Shown: positions 26,701 through 36,275 of the stretch, piece after piece
Position numbering within the stretch: the first letter of the stretch is position 1
How the letters are laid out: the number at the start of each line of letters is the position of its first letter
Source of the DNA: a virus
Lineage: Duplodnaviria > Caudoviricetes
Virus record (IMG/VR): IMGVR_UViG_3300044820_000033
Location: 1-39,410 of that record
DNA length: 39,410 bases
Reading direction: 5' to 3' (one strand)
Made by a program: the position numbers and the translations under genes
Notes under the pieces: model-generated
Database searches by the model: none
What the model saw: only the letters and a program-made list of their open reading frames with translations
What the model was told of the DNA's origin: nothing

Positions 26701-26940
26701 AAGTTGTTCAGCCCCGGCGTAGCTTTGATAAATTCCGTTCAGGAAGCGGTCGAGCCGGTGCGGTTCGATAGCCATCCCAGGAGAAGGCGCTTTCTTGAAA
26801 GAAGACGACGACAGCGCCGGCCCTGCGTTGTCGCTCGTTTTCTCGACCGTTGTCGTGTTGGGTTGAGCAAAATCAGCCCATGGCCCGTCACTCGACGCAG
26901 GGGATGCCTGCGCCGTGAAGTCTTCCCAAGGTCCACCCAT
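23764..26940 (-). CDS. Large ejection/DNA-transfer protein with DdrB-like ParB domain
   Basis: GPWEDF/GPWADF N-terminus, Ala/Gly-rich segment, LTPGQ, and LQPRDR...GAPIV...SGNGRT motif. Confidence 0.7.
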   Translation of the reverse strand: MGGPWEDFTAQASPASSDGPWADFAQPNTTTVEKTSDNAGPALSSSSFKKAPSPGMAIEPHRLDRFLNGIYQSYAGAEQLAAHGAAWAMPETAGPWAKGADRRAQTMEDEGRDLARHAGVKDDSTDWWNVAGQVASPINWAAGEGAVGAARALPWAGRVLEGSGWGANLAKGTVAGAGIGAAAPVTGDAAKDYGDAKLTQTGVGAITGGALAPAANAVGAVISPTVNASARKLLDEGVRLTPGQIVPMLKRVEDVAQSFPFVGGMVRDARAQAMGDFNVAAANRALAPIGEKVAPGVAPGHDLIEHVEDKISSAYQKVHPNISLSIDPDLAHDLGQVTHAAGQTLGEGQQKQLQNTIKAQISDKLAQNGGIAPGEVVQGITSELGNEIRGYRGDPSFDSRKLGQALGDVRTAISDALIRQNPGYADELQKANEAWANYVKIRDAAGRAGNVAGQFSPTQLNRAAVKGETAGTNARGQALMQDLAEAGKEILPSKVPDSGTPERAALMGLMTHGIGHYGAYSLIGPGALVPAAVIAGLYNPIGQRVMRAALTSRPDISPALRRVLDMYAPSDAGQKNAASVIRGASMPADAGAEGLAAKLGQDYVPASSPSTPSRIVTPDGSMEIPAEPKIVELGDLKYASGDLQPRDRNRAEYVQGARDRASRLDPQQLQPGRVSDSGAPIVTPDGTILSGNGRTISISEAYRNPAFKAQADAYRASLGPSAANMKEPVLVMKTGAMEPDAAQRFADLSNRSRTDTMSATERASRDAKALGDDVNLYQGGDFDSPANAAFVRSFIGRAVSPAEMPSISKNGILTQEGVNRMKAALLGSAYDDAPLLSRLLESTDDNVRGITGALVDVAPKIAGLRRGIDAGEVMGSLDPSRDLQSAVKFIADLRSRGLTPRDYFAQTDAFGGSLDKGAENWVRALYNDDLSRQLSRQNIKTVIDAYAEEAAKHKESALFPDSTTSADVLTSARRSAFKDGEAPQFDEPGKPAAQIAPEQPQAAPQAAMPRLPPKPRPLRKPLPGGISSAVEPNPALRTLLQRYAPNVAARAQLISNRN

Positions 26941-29900
26941 TATTGCGCGGCCTGCCAGCTTGAAGGTTGAGACGGATCACCGCCGAGGAAGCGATAGCCC
27001 TTTCGGGTTTCCCCGATCTTCGGCGCGGCCATCCCTGACTTGCCCTGGACCGCCGCAGCTTGAGCGCGAGACGCGCCGCCGTGACCTACCGGTTTCCCGG
27101 TTATTTCTTCGATCCTATCCGCGCCCAACATGGCGACAGCCTTTTTCTGTTGGGCTGGCGTCATATAGTCCATGATGGTTTTATATTTTGGATTGTCGGG
27201 CGTGTAGCCGTGAGCGGTATTGTACGAACTCAGGTTCGATTGCCCGTTCTTGAGCCCGATTTCTGCTTCAGTCTGGAGCGCCGCCTTAAGCGTTTCGGGA
27301 GCCATGTAGCGGTTCATGCTTTCAGCGCGCCTTTTCGCGTCACCTTCAGCACCTTGCCCGCCACCCTTCGCCACCGCCGAAGCCGTGTCGACGACGTTAT
27401 TCAAGGCCGTTCCGAGTTGTCCCATCGTTTTGCCGTACTGAGAGCCAGACGGCCAGAGTTCGGCAGAAGCCTTATTCGCGTTCTCGTATCGAGAATTGCC
27501 TGTCGCGTCGGCATATCCCGAGGCTTGATCGACTTCGTCGAAGAGCCGTCCGATCGACCGCAGGGACTTTGCAACATCGCCGCCAGCCAGCTTCGATGTC
27601 GTGTCGGCTGCCGCCTTGTAGTTTTCCGGCCTATAGTCGGGATTGATGCGGGAAGCGAGCCGATCGATATAGGCCCGCCTGTCGCTCTTGATGCCGTAGA
27701 GCTTGTTTATGTCGGTGTCATAACCGGCAACGCGCTTGGCTTCATCAAGATCGGCGGCAGCGATGCCGGTTTTTTTCGCTTCCGAAACAAAATCGTCGCC
27801 GACGACACCAGACGGGATACTTTCAATTCCAGCAGCAGGAGCGCCCGCCGTTCCGTTGAGTTGCAAGGGGTTCAGTGTGCCCTTGCGAGGGTCGACAAGA
27901 TAGATATGTTCTGCGCCGTCAGGCCCCTTTAGTTTCTCGATTTTCGGCGCATCTTCAGCGTTGAGGTCGCGCCGCATCTTTTCGATCTTCAGCGCGTCCA
28001 TTTGGGCTTGCGTGTTTCCCTTGCTGCTTTCTTGAAGCGAGTTCGCGCCAGCAAGCAGACCTTGCCCAAGGTTCCCGGTTGCCGACATAGTCGCGCCCGC
28101 CTTAAATACGGCCATGCGCTCGTCGTGGGTGAGGTTCAACGGGTTGAAGTTCACACCGAAGAGCCGCGACAGAAGCCCGCCGCCTGCCTGATCCTGCTTG
28201 CTCTGGTAGGGATGCTCTGGCCTATCGCCGCTTTGATCGAAGCCGCGCGAAACCATCTTTTGAACGCCGCTTGCAAGGCCGCTAAGTCCGCCAGCGATTC
28301 CGGCGCCAGCATTTCCCAAGGCATCAAGACCAGCATTAACGGGCTGTAGCGGGCGAGAAAGGTCTACGCCAGTATTTCGGCGGACCGCTTCCGTTCCTTC
28401 GTTTATGCCACGATGAAGCGCGCCGGGGCCGTCTCCGCCGTAGTAGGCCGCCATATCATCGATGGACGTGTTTCCAAGCACAGAGGCTTGCTTTGTGTTT
28501 GTGACGGGGACGCTGTAATTTCCGCGCCCTGCTTCGCGCATCCACCCTTCAGCATTGGGACCGAACTGGAACGCCTGCAAAACGGCAGCTTGTTTTTCAG
28601 CGGGAAGGTTTTGGAAGTCGATGCCGTTTCTCTGCATCTTCTCGTTGAAACCATAGTGGTCGAGCCAAGCGTCATACGCGCGGATCTGCTTGTCTGGCGA
28701 CGCTTGCCGATACTGGTCGTATGTCATGCCGGCGAGTTTCCCGCCAGCCTCGTCGAACGTATCCTTCCCCATCTGCGTTAGACCGTTATAGCGGCCTGTC
28801 GAGTTCCCTGTGTCCCAGCCAGACTCCAACTTGATAAGGGCCGGAAGAACCCCAGGCTTTAAGCCTTTGCTCTGAGAAACATCTCCGAGCGCTTGGCGCG
28901 TTGCGCTATCAATTCCAGAGGGAGCGCCTTTGCTGTAGTCAGCGGCAACATCCTGATGATCTTGTCCGGGCGTGCCGATGACGATATTTTTCGGCCCAGC
29001 CGCCGCCATATCCTTCTCGAACTGCGGCCACTGTTCCGGGGGAATGCCGAGACAGCCCGCCGTTGCGCGGCCGGGATGAATGAACAAGCCTGTACGGTCC
29101 GGGCCGCCTTGTGCCGCTGAGTCGTTCGCCGTGTAAGCGTCTTTCGCGTCGCTAAGATGATAGACGGTCCCGCCTTGGCGCGGATTCAGGTAGTTGTTTT
29201 TCTCCGGATCTCCGATTTGGTAAGTCCCGAGAGGAGCAGAGCCGCGCCCGTGGCCGCCAGACGTGAAATCGTATGTGTGGCCGTTGAGCGTGAACGTCCC
29301 ATGCAATTGCTGCCCGTAGCCATCAGGACCGCGGCCTCGCTGCGCTTCGCGCGTTGTGGCGATGATCGTGTCGGGAGGAACTTGCGGGCCAGCCTGGACC
29401 TGAGAAATATCCGCGGACGTGTTTCCCTTGAGCGGCGTTCCAGGGGGTAGCGCGTCCATGCTGACGCCGTCGAGGGGGTTCTTTCCCTCTTTAGGCAGAA
29501 GGGCGGACAATCCATCAGACGGAGCAGCCGCAGGCTTGGAAAGAAGCGCATTGCTGGGAGCGCCGCCAAGCTGATCGTCCGATGACGAGAGCGCGCTTAG
29601 TCCTTTCCCGTCCAAATCGGTCGAGTTCGCGGGACTCCAATCAGCGCGAGGATCCGCTGGCGTGCTGGCATCAGCCGTCATCATGTCGCCGAGGTTCGTA
29701 TCCGATGGCGTTTTTACGTCAGGGTTGAACGCCTGCCTCGTATCTTCGAGAAGCTTGGACAGAGGAGTCGTTAGGCCATAGGGTTCAATCGTGTCGAGCC
29801 CGGCGCTTGCGCTTGCGTCGGGCTGAGTAAAACCCGAGCCAGGATCCTCGACGGCCACACCAGAATCGGCCCCGTCTCCAAAATCAGCGCCGTCGCCGAA

Positions 29901-31694
29901 ATCTTCAAAATCAAGGCCGCCACCATCGGCAAACCCACGCACCGCGCCGCCAGAACCCTTGCCGCCGCTTCCGCTTGAGGTAGCTTGCGGAACGGTCGGC
30001 TGTGGAACGGAAGGCAGAGGAACAGAAGGCAGAGGCGCATAAACACCATCTGTTGCAGGGGTTGTCACAAAGTGGCCGCCGCTTCCTTTGCCAAACCCGC
30101 CGCTTCCGTCAGGAACCCAAGTCGTTTTCCCTGCCGAACCGAATTGTGGCATCTTCACATTAGGAGCCGATATGCTTGGACCGCTAAGTTCAGGCATGGA
30201 TACGCTTGGAGCGGACACGCTTGCGGTCGACCCACCAGATGCAAACCCTGTCGGAGCCTGAGAGAGTTGCATCTGTGGCGTTCCACCACCGGGACCATGA
30301 GGCCAGTTTGCGGGATTTGGGCCAAACGTAGGCCACAAAGAATTATTGTCATTGCTCCCGAACAGGCCGTGCAACATTGGGTGAAAAGAGCCTTGGATAA
30401 GAGCTTCAGGCGATCCGACTCTTGTGATTCCTTCTGCCGGTGTTCCCTGTGGCCCAGGCCCAGGGTTTTGCGTTGCAGCGGAAACCCCAGGATAAGACAC
30501 AGCAGCGGGGCCATGATATGAGCCTTTCCCGCCTGTCGCCGGGCCACCATCGGCAAACCCACGCACCGCGCCACCTGTGCCTTTGCCGCCGCCACCCAGG
30601 CCCATTCCGCCTATGTCGCCGCCGAAATCAGCACCGCCGCCGCTGTCGCCAAAATCAGCGCCAGCAGAGCCAGCACCATCAGACCCCATTGCGGACGTCA
30701 GATCAGAACCAGAATCCTCGCCACCCAGCGACTTAAAGAGGTTATCAAGGCCACCGCGCGCAGACTTCCCGAGCTTCTGCATCTCTTGCGAGCCGCCCGA
30801 ACCGCCGCCGCCACCAGATCCAGACTTTTGCCCGCCCGATTGTTGCTGTTCCTGTTTTGGTGCAGAAATCGAAGGCGTCTGAATCTGCGGAACTTGCTTC
30901 ATCATCGAGAGTATTTGCATAAGCTCAGCAAGACCGGCGTCGCCACTTACGGCACCGCCAGGAGCGCGCTTCATCGCCGCGCCGCCGTCTTTCAGCATCG
31001 ACCCCAAGGCCAGAGCGCTCCCGAGGTAGCTCATGACGCCTGGATTTTGCGTGGTCGTAGACGAACCAGAACTTGTCCCGGCACTTGCGCCGGCACCAGC
31101 AGACGAGGCCGCTTGCGCCGTGTTCATGCTGCCAAGCGTCGAGGACAATTGCTGACCGAGTGTCTCGCCAAGTGTCGAGCCTGTGGTGGTTCCGCCAGAC
31201 AATCCGGCCGCCTGGAGATTGCGCGAGGCATCATTCTGCGCAGCCGAAAGGGCTTGTGTGTAGTTCGACGAGTTCAGACCCGCGAGCGTCTGCCCCGCTA
31301 CCATGCCTTGCTGACCGGCGAGCGCAGCTTGTGCGATAGCCTGTCGATCGCCGCCGAGAGCGTTGTTCGAAATAGCGTTTCCGACGACTTGGTTCTGTTG
31401 CTGCCCGAACGTCTGCTGAAGCTGCCGCATCGTCGCGTCGACGACTTGGCTCTGATATGGGTTGTAATAATTGGCAATATTGCTCGACGCGGGCGCCGTC
31501 CCAGATTCCAGATAGCTTTTGCCAAGCGCGCTCGGATCATAGGTTTGAGAGCTATTTTGCCCCGTTGCCGAACCATATTGGGTGCCTTGATTGCTCCCAT
31601 AGTTCATTTGCGAGGCTTGATTCGTCGCGCTGTTTTGCGCGGTGTTTTGCGCGGTGTTTTGATTGCTGTCGGTTGTTTGGGATGACCCGCCCAT
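26940..31694 (-). CDS. Large ejection/DNA-transfer protein with putative L,D-transpeptidase-like (Tlde1/DUF2778) and lysozyme-like domains
   Basis: YNPYQSQVVDAT N-terminal motif; GSAPLGTY...LFIHPGRATAGC; LIKLES...YNGLTQMG; C-terminal GYRFLGGDP. Confidence 0.7.
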   Translation of the reverse strand: MGGSSQTTDSNQNTAQNTAQNSATNQASQMNYGSNQGTQYGSATGQNSSQTYDPSALGKSYLESGTAPASSNIANYYNPYQSQVVDATMRQLQQTFGQQQNQVVGNAISNNALGGDRQAIAQAALAGQQGMVAGQTLAGLNSSNYTQALSAAQNDASRNLQAAGLSGGTTTGSTLGETLGQQLSSTLGSMNTAQAASSAGAGASAGTSSGSSTTTQNPGVMSYLGSALALGSMLKDGGAAMKRAPGGAVSGDAGLAELMQILSMMKQVPQIQTPSISAPKQEQQQSGGQKSGSGGGGGSGGSQEMQKLGKSARGGLDNLFKSLGGEDSGSDLTSAMGSDGAGSAGADFGDSGGGADFGGDIGGMGLGGGGKGTGGAVRGFADGGPATGGKGSYHGPAAVSYPGVSAATQNPGPGPQGTPAEGITRVGSPEALIQGSFHPMLHGLFGSNDNNSLWPTFGPNPANWPHGPGGGTPQMQLSQAPTGFASGGSTASVSAPSVSMPELSGPSISAPNVKMPQFGSAGKTTWVPDGSGGFGKGSGGHFVTTPATDGVYAPLPSVPLPSVPQPTVPQATSSGSGGKGSGGAVRGFADGGGLDFEDFGDGADFGDGADSGVAVEDPGSGFTQPDASASAGLDTIEPYGLTTPLSKLLEDTRQAFNPDVKTPSDTNLGDMMTADASTPADPRADWSPANSTDLDGKGLSALSSSDDQLGGAPSNALLSKPAAAPSDGLSALLPKEGKNPLDGVSMDALPPGTPLKGNTSADISQVQAGPQVPPDTIIATTREAQRGRGPDGYGQQLHGTFTLNGHTYDFTSGGHGRGSAPLGTYQIGDPEKNNYLNPRQGGTVYHLSDAKDAYTANDSAAQGGPDRTGLFIHPGRATAGCLGIPPEQWPQFEKDMAAAGPKNIVIGTPGQDHQDVAADYSKGAPSGIDSATRQALGDVSQSKGLKPGVLPALIKLESGWDTGNSTGRYNGLTQMGKDTFDEAGGKLAGMTYDQYRQASPDKQIRAYDAWLDHYGFNEKMQRNGIDFQNLPAEKQAAVLQAFQFGPNAEGWMREAGRGNYSVPVTNTKQASVLGNTSIDDMAAYYGGDGPGALHRGINEGTEAVRRNTGVDLSRPLQPVNAGLDALGNAGAGIAGGLSGLASGVQKMVSRGFDQSGDRPEHPYQSKQDQAGGGLLSRLFGVNFNPLNLTHDERMAVFKAGATMSATGNLGQGLLAGANSLQESSKGNTQAQMDALKIEKMRRDLNAEDAPKIEKLKGPDGAEHIYLVDPRKGTLNPLQLNGTAGAPAAGIESIPSGVVGDDFVSEAKKTGIAAADLDEAKRVAGYDTDINKLYGIKSDRRAYIDRLASRINPDYRPENYKAAADTTSKLAGGDVAKSLRSIGRLFDEVDQASGYADATGNSRYENANKASAELWPSGSQYGKTMGQLGTALNNVVDTASAVAKGGGQGAEGDAKRRAESMNRYMAPETLKAALQTEAEIGLKNGQSNLSSYNTAHGYTPDNPKYKTIMDYMTPAQQKKAVAMLGADRIEEITGKPVGHGGASRAQAAAVQGKSGMAAPKIGETRKGYRFLGGDPSQPSSWQAAQ

Positions 31695-31696
31695 GA

Positions 31697-32200
31697 CTAG
31701 GCTCCGGTTTTGGCATTGTAGAGGAAATAGGCCCCGGCAGGATCTCCAAGCTGGCGCCTATACAAGCGAATCTTTGCTTCCGTCTGCTTGTTTGAGACGA
31801 TGCCGATCAGAAGCGGCGCGTTGAGTTCAATCGCTGATTTCTTCGCGAACTCCACAAGCGCTTTCGCCCGGTTCGAGCGCCTAAACTCGGGCTTTATGTA
31901 TGCGAAAAGCTCTTCAAGATGCGGAAAGTCTGTGTACCAAAACTGACCGACCATAATCACGATGATGCCCTCGATACCGCCAACGGGACCGATCACGCCG
32001 CAGATGACGCGGTCGCGGGCAACGGCACGCCTTGCCATTTGATAGATTCTAGTTTCCGAGATAGGCATCAGGCCATTTTCCCGATGCAACTCTCGACCCA
32101 TGGCGACAAGCTGCGGAATATCCTCTTCGACGGCGAGTCGAACTTTGGGCGCAGCTTCGGCGTTCACCGCGAGCGCCGCGGCGTTGACGTGCATATTCAT
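31697..32200 (-). CDS. GNAT-fold protein
   Basis: VRLAVEEDIPQL, YIKPEFRRS...AKALVEFA, RLY pattern. Confidence 0.7.
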   Translation of the reverse strand: MNMHVNAAALAVNAEAAPKVRLAVEEDIPQLVAMGRELHRENGLMPISETRIYQMARRAVARDRVICGVIGPVGGIEGIIVIMVGQFWYTDFPHLEELFAYIKPEFRRSNRAKALVEFAKKSAIELNAPLLIGIVSNKQTEAKIRLYRRQLGDPAGAYFLYNAKTGA

Positions 32201-32212
32201 TCTGGGTTCCCT

Positions 32213-32875
32213 TTAGCTTTTGACAGGCCCCGGAAGACGCTTCCGGCGTTCAATGTCTTCGCTTCTGACGTTCATCATCCAGGCGTCGAGCGCATTGTGG
32301 CCGCGTTCGGCGTCGCCTTCTCCAATGTGCTCGACCCAAGCAGGCGGAACACTGAATTCCCCGTCAGAAAGATCGACGCGAACAGAGCCAGCATTGCCAC
32401 CATCCGCCAAGCCTTTCGGCATCCCCGGCATGTGTGGCATTCGATGGAATTTCGACGAAGTAATTCCGCGCGGCATGTGAGGCTGTGATACGCTCGGCAT
32501 GTGCCGCATTGGAGAGATTTTGGCCATGCTCAGCTTCATAGCGGAGGGAGCCTTCGGCATCGCTGCGGCAGCGCCTTTGATGCCCGGACCATTTCCAGGG
32601 AACATCTTCGAGAGCTTCTTCGCTCCTGCTACGCTGTTCCCGTCGCCGAGCGCCGAAACGACATCAGCCGGGATAATATGCGAGCCATCAGGAACAGACG
32701 TTTTTATAGCATCGTCCCTGCCGCCCGTAGCGCCCAGGAGAGGCCCCGTTACCGGGCCAGCTACAGGAGTAGCGGGCGAGGGCAAAGGCGCGGCCCCGCC
32801 CTCGTCCCTGCGTGGCGTGGAAGCGTTTTGAAGCGCAGCAAGCACGGCAGAGGATAACGACGATTTCAGCGGCAT
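32213..32875 (-). CDS. Conserved internal virion protein
   Basis: GGRDD...DGSHIIPADVVSALGDG and LSDGEFSVP motifs. Confidence 0.65.
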   Translation of the reverse strand: MPLKSSLSSAVLAALQNASTPRRDEGGAAPLPSPATPVAGPVTGPLLGATGGRDDAIKTSVPDGSHIIPADVVSALGDGNSVAGAKKLSKMFPGNGPGIKGAAAAMPKAPSAMKLSMAKISPMRHMPSVSQPHMPRGITSSKFHRMPHMPGMPKGLADGGNAGSVRVDLSDGEFSVPPAWVEHIGEGDAERGHNALDAWMMNVRSEDIERRKRLPGPVKS

Positions 32876-32887
32876 GTCATAGACCCT

Positions 32888-33271
32888 TTATCGCCACTCG
32901 ACCCATTGAACGATTGAGTTCGTTCCCGTGGCTGAAACTTTGAAATAACTCCCGGCCTGGACCATGAAGCTCGCCGTCACGGTGACGACGCTAACGGTGT
33001 GCTGCCAGACGAGCGTCGCGGGCGAAGCGTTTGCATCTGTGTAGACGCTGATTGTTCCGGCGATGGTGTTTTGAACGACGACGTTCACGGAGATCGCCTT
33101 CGTTGTCGTGTTCTGGTACGTGTTCCCGAGCACTCGGCTTGCCGTCACAACGTTCTGTGACGCGCCCACGGCGAGCGTTGAGAGGTTTTGCGCGATCTTG
33201 GCAAGGTTCTGATTGACGCCTTGCGCTTGGCCGATCATGGCCGCCTGTGAGCCGTTGTCGTCAGCCATCAA
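32888..33271 (-). CDS. Hypothetical virion protein
   Basis: Short coiled N-terminus plus TYQNTT...SFMVQAGSYF beta domain. Confidence 0.6.
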   Translation of the reverse strand: MMADDNGSQAAMIGQAQGVNQNLAKIAQNLSTLAVGASQNVVTASRVLGNTYQNTTTKAISVNVVVQNTIAGTISVYTDANASPATLVWQHTVSVVTVTASFMVQAGSYFKVSATGTNSIVQWVEWR

Positions 33272-35313
33272 TGATTTTTCCCGTCAGGCTGGAATTTTAC
33301 GCGGAAATGACCAAGCCGCCAGAACGAGCCCGAGTCTGAACTTTGGACCGTGATCGAGATTTGACGGGCGCGACAGCGGGGCAAGAAGAAAGGCGTCGCG
33401 GCTGTAATAGTGTAGGGGCCATAGGTGACAGGTGTGTCGCCCATTTCGTTGATAGCGTTCAATGTCACCTGAAGCGTCGCCGTCTTCGCGCCGGCAAACG
33501 TCCCCCACTTCAGATCCGGAACAATGCGATCGATGAAAGCGAACTCTTCGCCTTCTCCAACACGGAAATAACCAGTCGTGAAGCCCGACGTCATCGGAGT
33601 CAGATCGGCGTCATAGCCGGTTTCGTGGCTGTATATGATGCCGTTATTCGTGACAGAGACAGGAGGTCCAAAAACTGTTTGATCGGTCCAAGTGTTGCGC
33701 TGAAGGATTCCCGCATCCCAGGAACCTTCATCCACCTTCAGCTTCACATAGCGCGTCGGATAGCCGGTTCCATCCTGAATTGACGGATACCAAAACAAGA
33801 TTTCGGAATGCAGCGTATTCGAGCCGACGAAGCATTTGCTCGCGTTCGTCATGTCGAGGTCTTGGAAGACAATATCCCAGACGGCGCAAGGTAAGATCGA
33901 GACGCTGCCGCCGCTCATTACGAAGAGATTGTTCCGCCCGAACCAGTAGACGCTGCCTGCCATTTGCGTGAATGCGTGCTGTCCGATGATGCCGCAGTTC
34001 GCACCAGTCTTGACGAAGCCGAAAACTAGCGACGCACCAATATAATTCATCGTCCAGAGATCGAGGTCAGTCCAGATCAGGTTACAAAACGGCGTTGCCG
34101 CCCCGGCCATGACTTGAGAGCCTGTCGGGATGCGAAAGGAACCGGCTTGGTTTGATGATGTCGGATACCATTGCGAGAAGTTGCTGGCGTCGCACCATTT
34201 GACCAGCATCGGATCTTGGTAGACGCCGACCGTGGAGAGTGCCGACGATCCATAGGCAATGATCATCTGTTGCGAGGACGACATGAACGCGCCCGTGTTG
34301 AACGGCGGCGCCGTGGAGATCATTTGCGCAGTCAAGAAGCCGCTCGACGGCCCCCAATAGAAAATGCCGCCATTCTTGGGACAAGAGACGAGAGCCTCGC
34401 CCCAATTTGAAAGCGTCCAATCTGTCGGAGCGATAGGCGTTCCGGTTTGCCCGACAAGCGTTTGCCCAAGGCTATAAGCGCCCGCGCCGTAATTACCGGC
34501 ACCATAGGCCCCGCCCGGTTTAGACGGACCGGTTGCAATGTAATAGAGGAGCGACGCATTTCCCGAGTTCATGGAAGTCGGGCCAGCCGAAGACACAGCC
34601 GCGTTCGCAGCCACAACGACGAAATTGTTCGGGTCCGTGACAGAAGACACGACATAACGGCCCTGGAGCGTGATGCCGCCGACCGTTGTCGCAATCGGCA
34701 AAACGATGTCGTTTCCGGCAACAAGGTTGTGAGCCGTGAACGTGATCGTGACGTTCGAGGAGCCGGCGACGGTTGTGATTCGCGGAACAGCGCCACCGTG
34801 AGCGACGCCAGCCACAGCGTTCGTTGCCGCGGTTAGCGTGTAGCTTGTCCCCGAAAGCGTGCTCGTGATGCCGTACAGGCCAGACAGGATGATGCCGTCG
34901 ACCGAGATCGGCGTGTTGAAATACACCGTACAATAGGGCGTCATCGTCGAAATGTTCGCATCGATGACCGTGACGACGTTCGAGCCTGCGGACGTTGAGA
35001 AGTCGAGCGCCGTGCTTGACGTGAATGTCTGAGGCGTCAGGTCCGACATCTGGCTTGTCGTGTTGTTGAAGACCGCCAGTTGTGTCGTTGTGCCTACGGC
35101 GAGGAACTTGTCCCCGGCGATCGACTGCCAGCATTGCGCCGTCGCTGGCCTTCCTGTGACCGTCAGGGCGATGAACTTCGACCACCCGCCGATCTTTTGG
35201 AAAAGCCCAGCCTTGAATCGGCCCATCCATGTTGACACGTAGCCAGCATGAACGCCGGTTTCCGTAAGCTCGGCATTCAGTCCGGGCTTAAGGTCAATCC
35301 CCATCCAAGGCAT
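33268..35313 (-). CDS. Tail nozzle / DNA stabilisation protein (P22 gp10-like)
   Basis: 681 aa; GRFKAG..QKIGGW N-terminus, propeller-like repeats, C-terminal RARQISI...WRLG...PDG. Confidence 0.7.
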   Translation of the reverse strand: MPWMGIDLKPGLNAELTETGVHAGYVSTWMGRFKAGLFQKIGGWSKFIALTVTGRPATAQCWQSIAGDKFLAVGTTTQLAVFNNTTSQMSDLTPQTFTSSTALDFSTSAGSNVVTVIDANISTMTPYCTVYFNTPISVDGIILSGLYGITSTLSGTSYTLTAATNAVAGVAHGGAVPRITTVAGSSNVTITFTAHNLVAGNDIVLPIATTVGGITLQGRYVVSSVTDPNNFVVVAANAAVSSAGPTSMNSGNASLLYYIATGPSKPGGAYGAGNYGAGAYSLGQTLVGQTGTPIAPTDWTLSNWGEALVSCPKNGGIFYWGPSSGFLTAQMISTAPPFNTGAFMSSSQQMIIAYGSSALSTVGVYQDPMLVKWCDASNFSQWYPTSSNQAGSFRIPTGSQVMAGAATPFCNLIWTDLDLWTMNYIGASLVFGFVKTGANCGIIGQHAFTQMAGSVYWFGRNNLFVMSGGSVSILPCAVWDIVFQDLDMTNASKCFVGSNTLHSEILFWYPSIQDGTGYPTRYVKLKVDEGSWDAGILQRNTWTDQTVFGPPVSVTNNGIIYSHETGYDADLTPMTSGFTTGYFRVGEGEEFAFIDRIVPDLKWGTFAGAKTATLQVTLNAINEMGDTPVTYGPYTITAATPFFLPRCRARQISITVQSSDSGSFWRLGHFRVKFQPDGKNH

Positions 35314-35316
35314 CGT

Positions 35317-36009
35317 TTAGGCGTCCTTTGGGGATGCCGCCGAAGCGCTCGACATGGCTGAAATGTAGGATTTGCGGAGTTCTTCCTTGCGCGCAGAAGC
35401 AAGCCGTGTCTGCAACTGGCTTTCCCAGGAGACGGCCATTTTTGGATCGTCAGACTGTGATCCAAAATTTCGCTGATATCCGGCCGCGCTGACCATAGCG
35501 GCGGCGAAGAACACATCCGAGAGATAGTTCGTGAGGAATGTCGTTGGATTGACCGCAGAAAGCGCCACAGGGCGAACTGTGCCTATGACTTCTGTCGTGT
35601 AGGCTTGATCGGTCGAAGGCCCCCAGAGAACGTTTGTGTCGTCTGTGCGGGCGAATATCTTTGGGAACGATGGCGTCGAGGGCGCCGTGTTGCTTGGGAA
35701 GAGAAAATCGACGCTTTCGCGCGTTGCGGGGCGGACAGGATGGCGAACCCCGGCCCCATCAATGACGCTTATCTGATCGACAACGATGATATGGCCGGAA
35801 GTCTGCGGAAGGGCGAACACGCGATTGTTCGGAGTCGCTGTTCCATTAACCGCAATGCTTGCAGATACGAGGTCAAGTTCGCGGTATAGCCGCTGCTCGG
35901 CGTCGTCGATGATCGTCGGAAGGATGGCCACGAAATTCGCTTCCGCGACGTTCGGAACAGCCATTTCGACCGCGAGCGCCGCGACAAACGATGTGTAAGT
36001 GTATGCCAT
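35317..36009 (-). CDS. Head-tail adaptor-like protein
   Basis: IIDDAEQRLYRELDL, GPSTDQAY, TFLTNY motifs; position before nozzle gene. Confidence 0.65.
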   Translation of the reverse strand: MAYTYTSFVAALAVEMAVPNVAEANFVAILPTIIDDAEQRLYRELDLVSASIAVNGTATPNNRVFALPQTSGHIIVVDQISVIDGAGVRHPVRPATRESVDFLFPSNTAPSTPSFPKIFARTDDTNVLWGPSTDQAYTTEVIGTVRPVALSAVNPTTFLTNYLSDVFFAAAMVSAAGYQRNFGSQSDDPKMAVSWESQLQTRLASARKEELRKSYISAMSSASAASPKDA

Positions 36010-36272
36010 TATGCGTCCTCGACGGGGAACCTGTTAGGCCGCGTCACAAAAACCGGAGGAGGATCAGGCGGGAGAATTATCGTGCGCTCTTGCGGGTTCG
36101 GATCATCGAGGCACGTCGCGCAGACGAGAAGGCCCGTATTTATGAGCGACGGCCCAGACCAGCGCATTTGCGGGCTAAGGTCGACGAGGTTGTACAGCGT
36201 CCCGCAGCGCTCGCAATACGCCGTCCGCTGCGGATTGTTCGGATCAATCCGAGCGCGCCCTATGTGCTGCAT
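36009..36272 (-). CDS. Small CxxC...CxxC zinc-ribbon protein
   Basis: CERCG...VCATCLD...DPPP. Confidence 0.7.
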   Translation of the reverse strand: MQHIGRARIDPNNPQRTAYCERCGTLYNLVDLSPQMRWSGPSLINTGLLVCATCLDDPNPQERTIILPPDPPPVFVTRPNRFPVEDA

Positions 36273-36275
36273 GAT

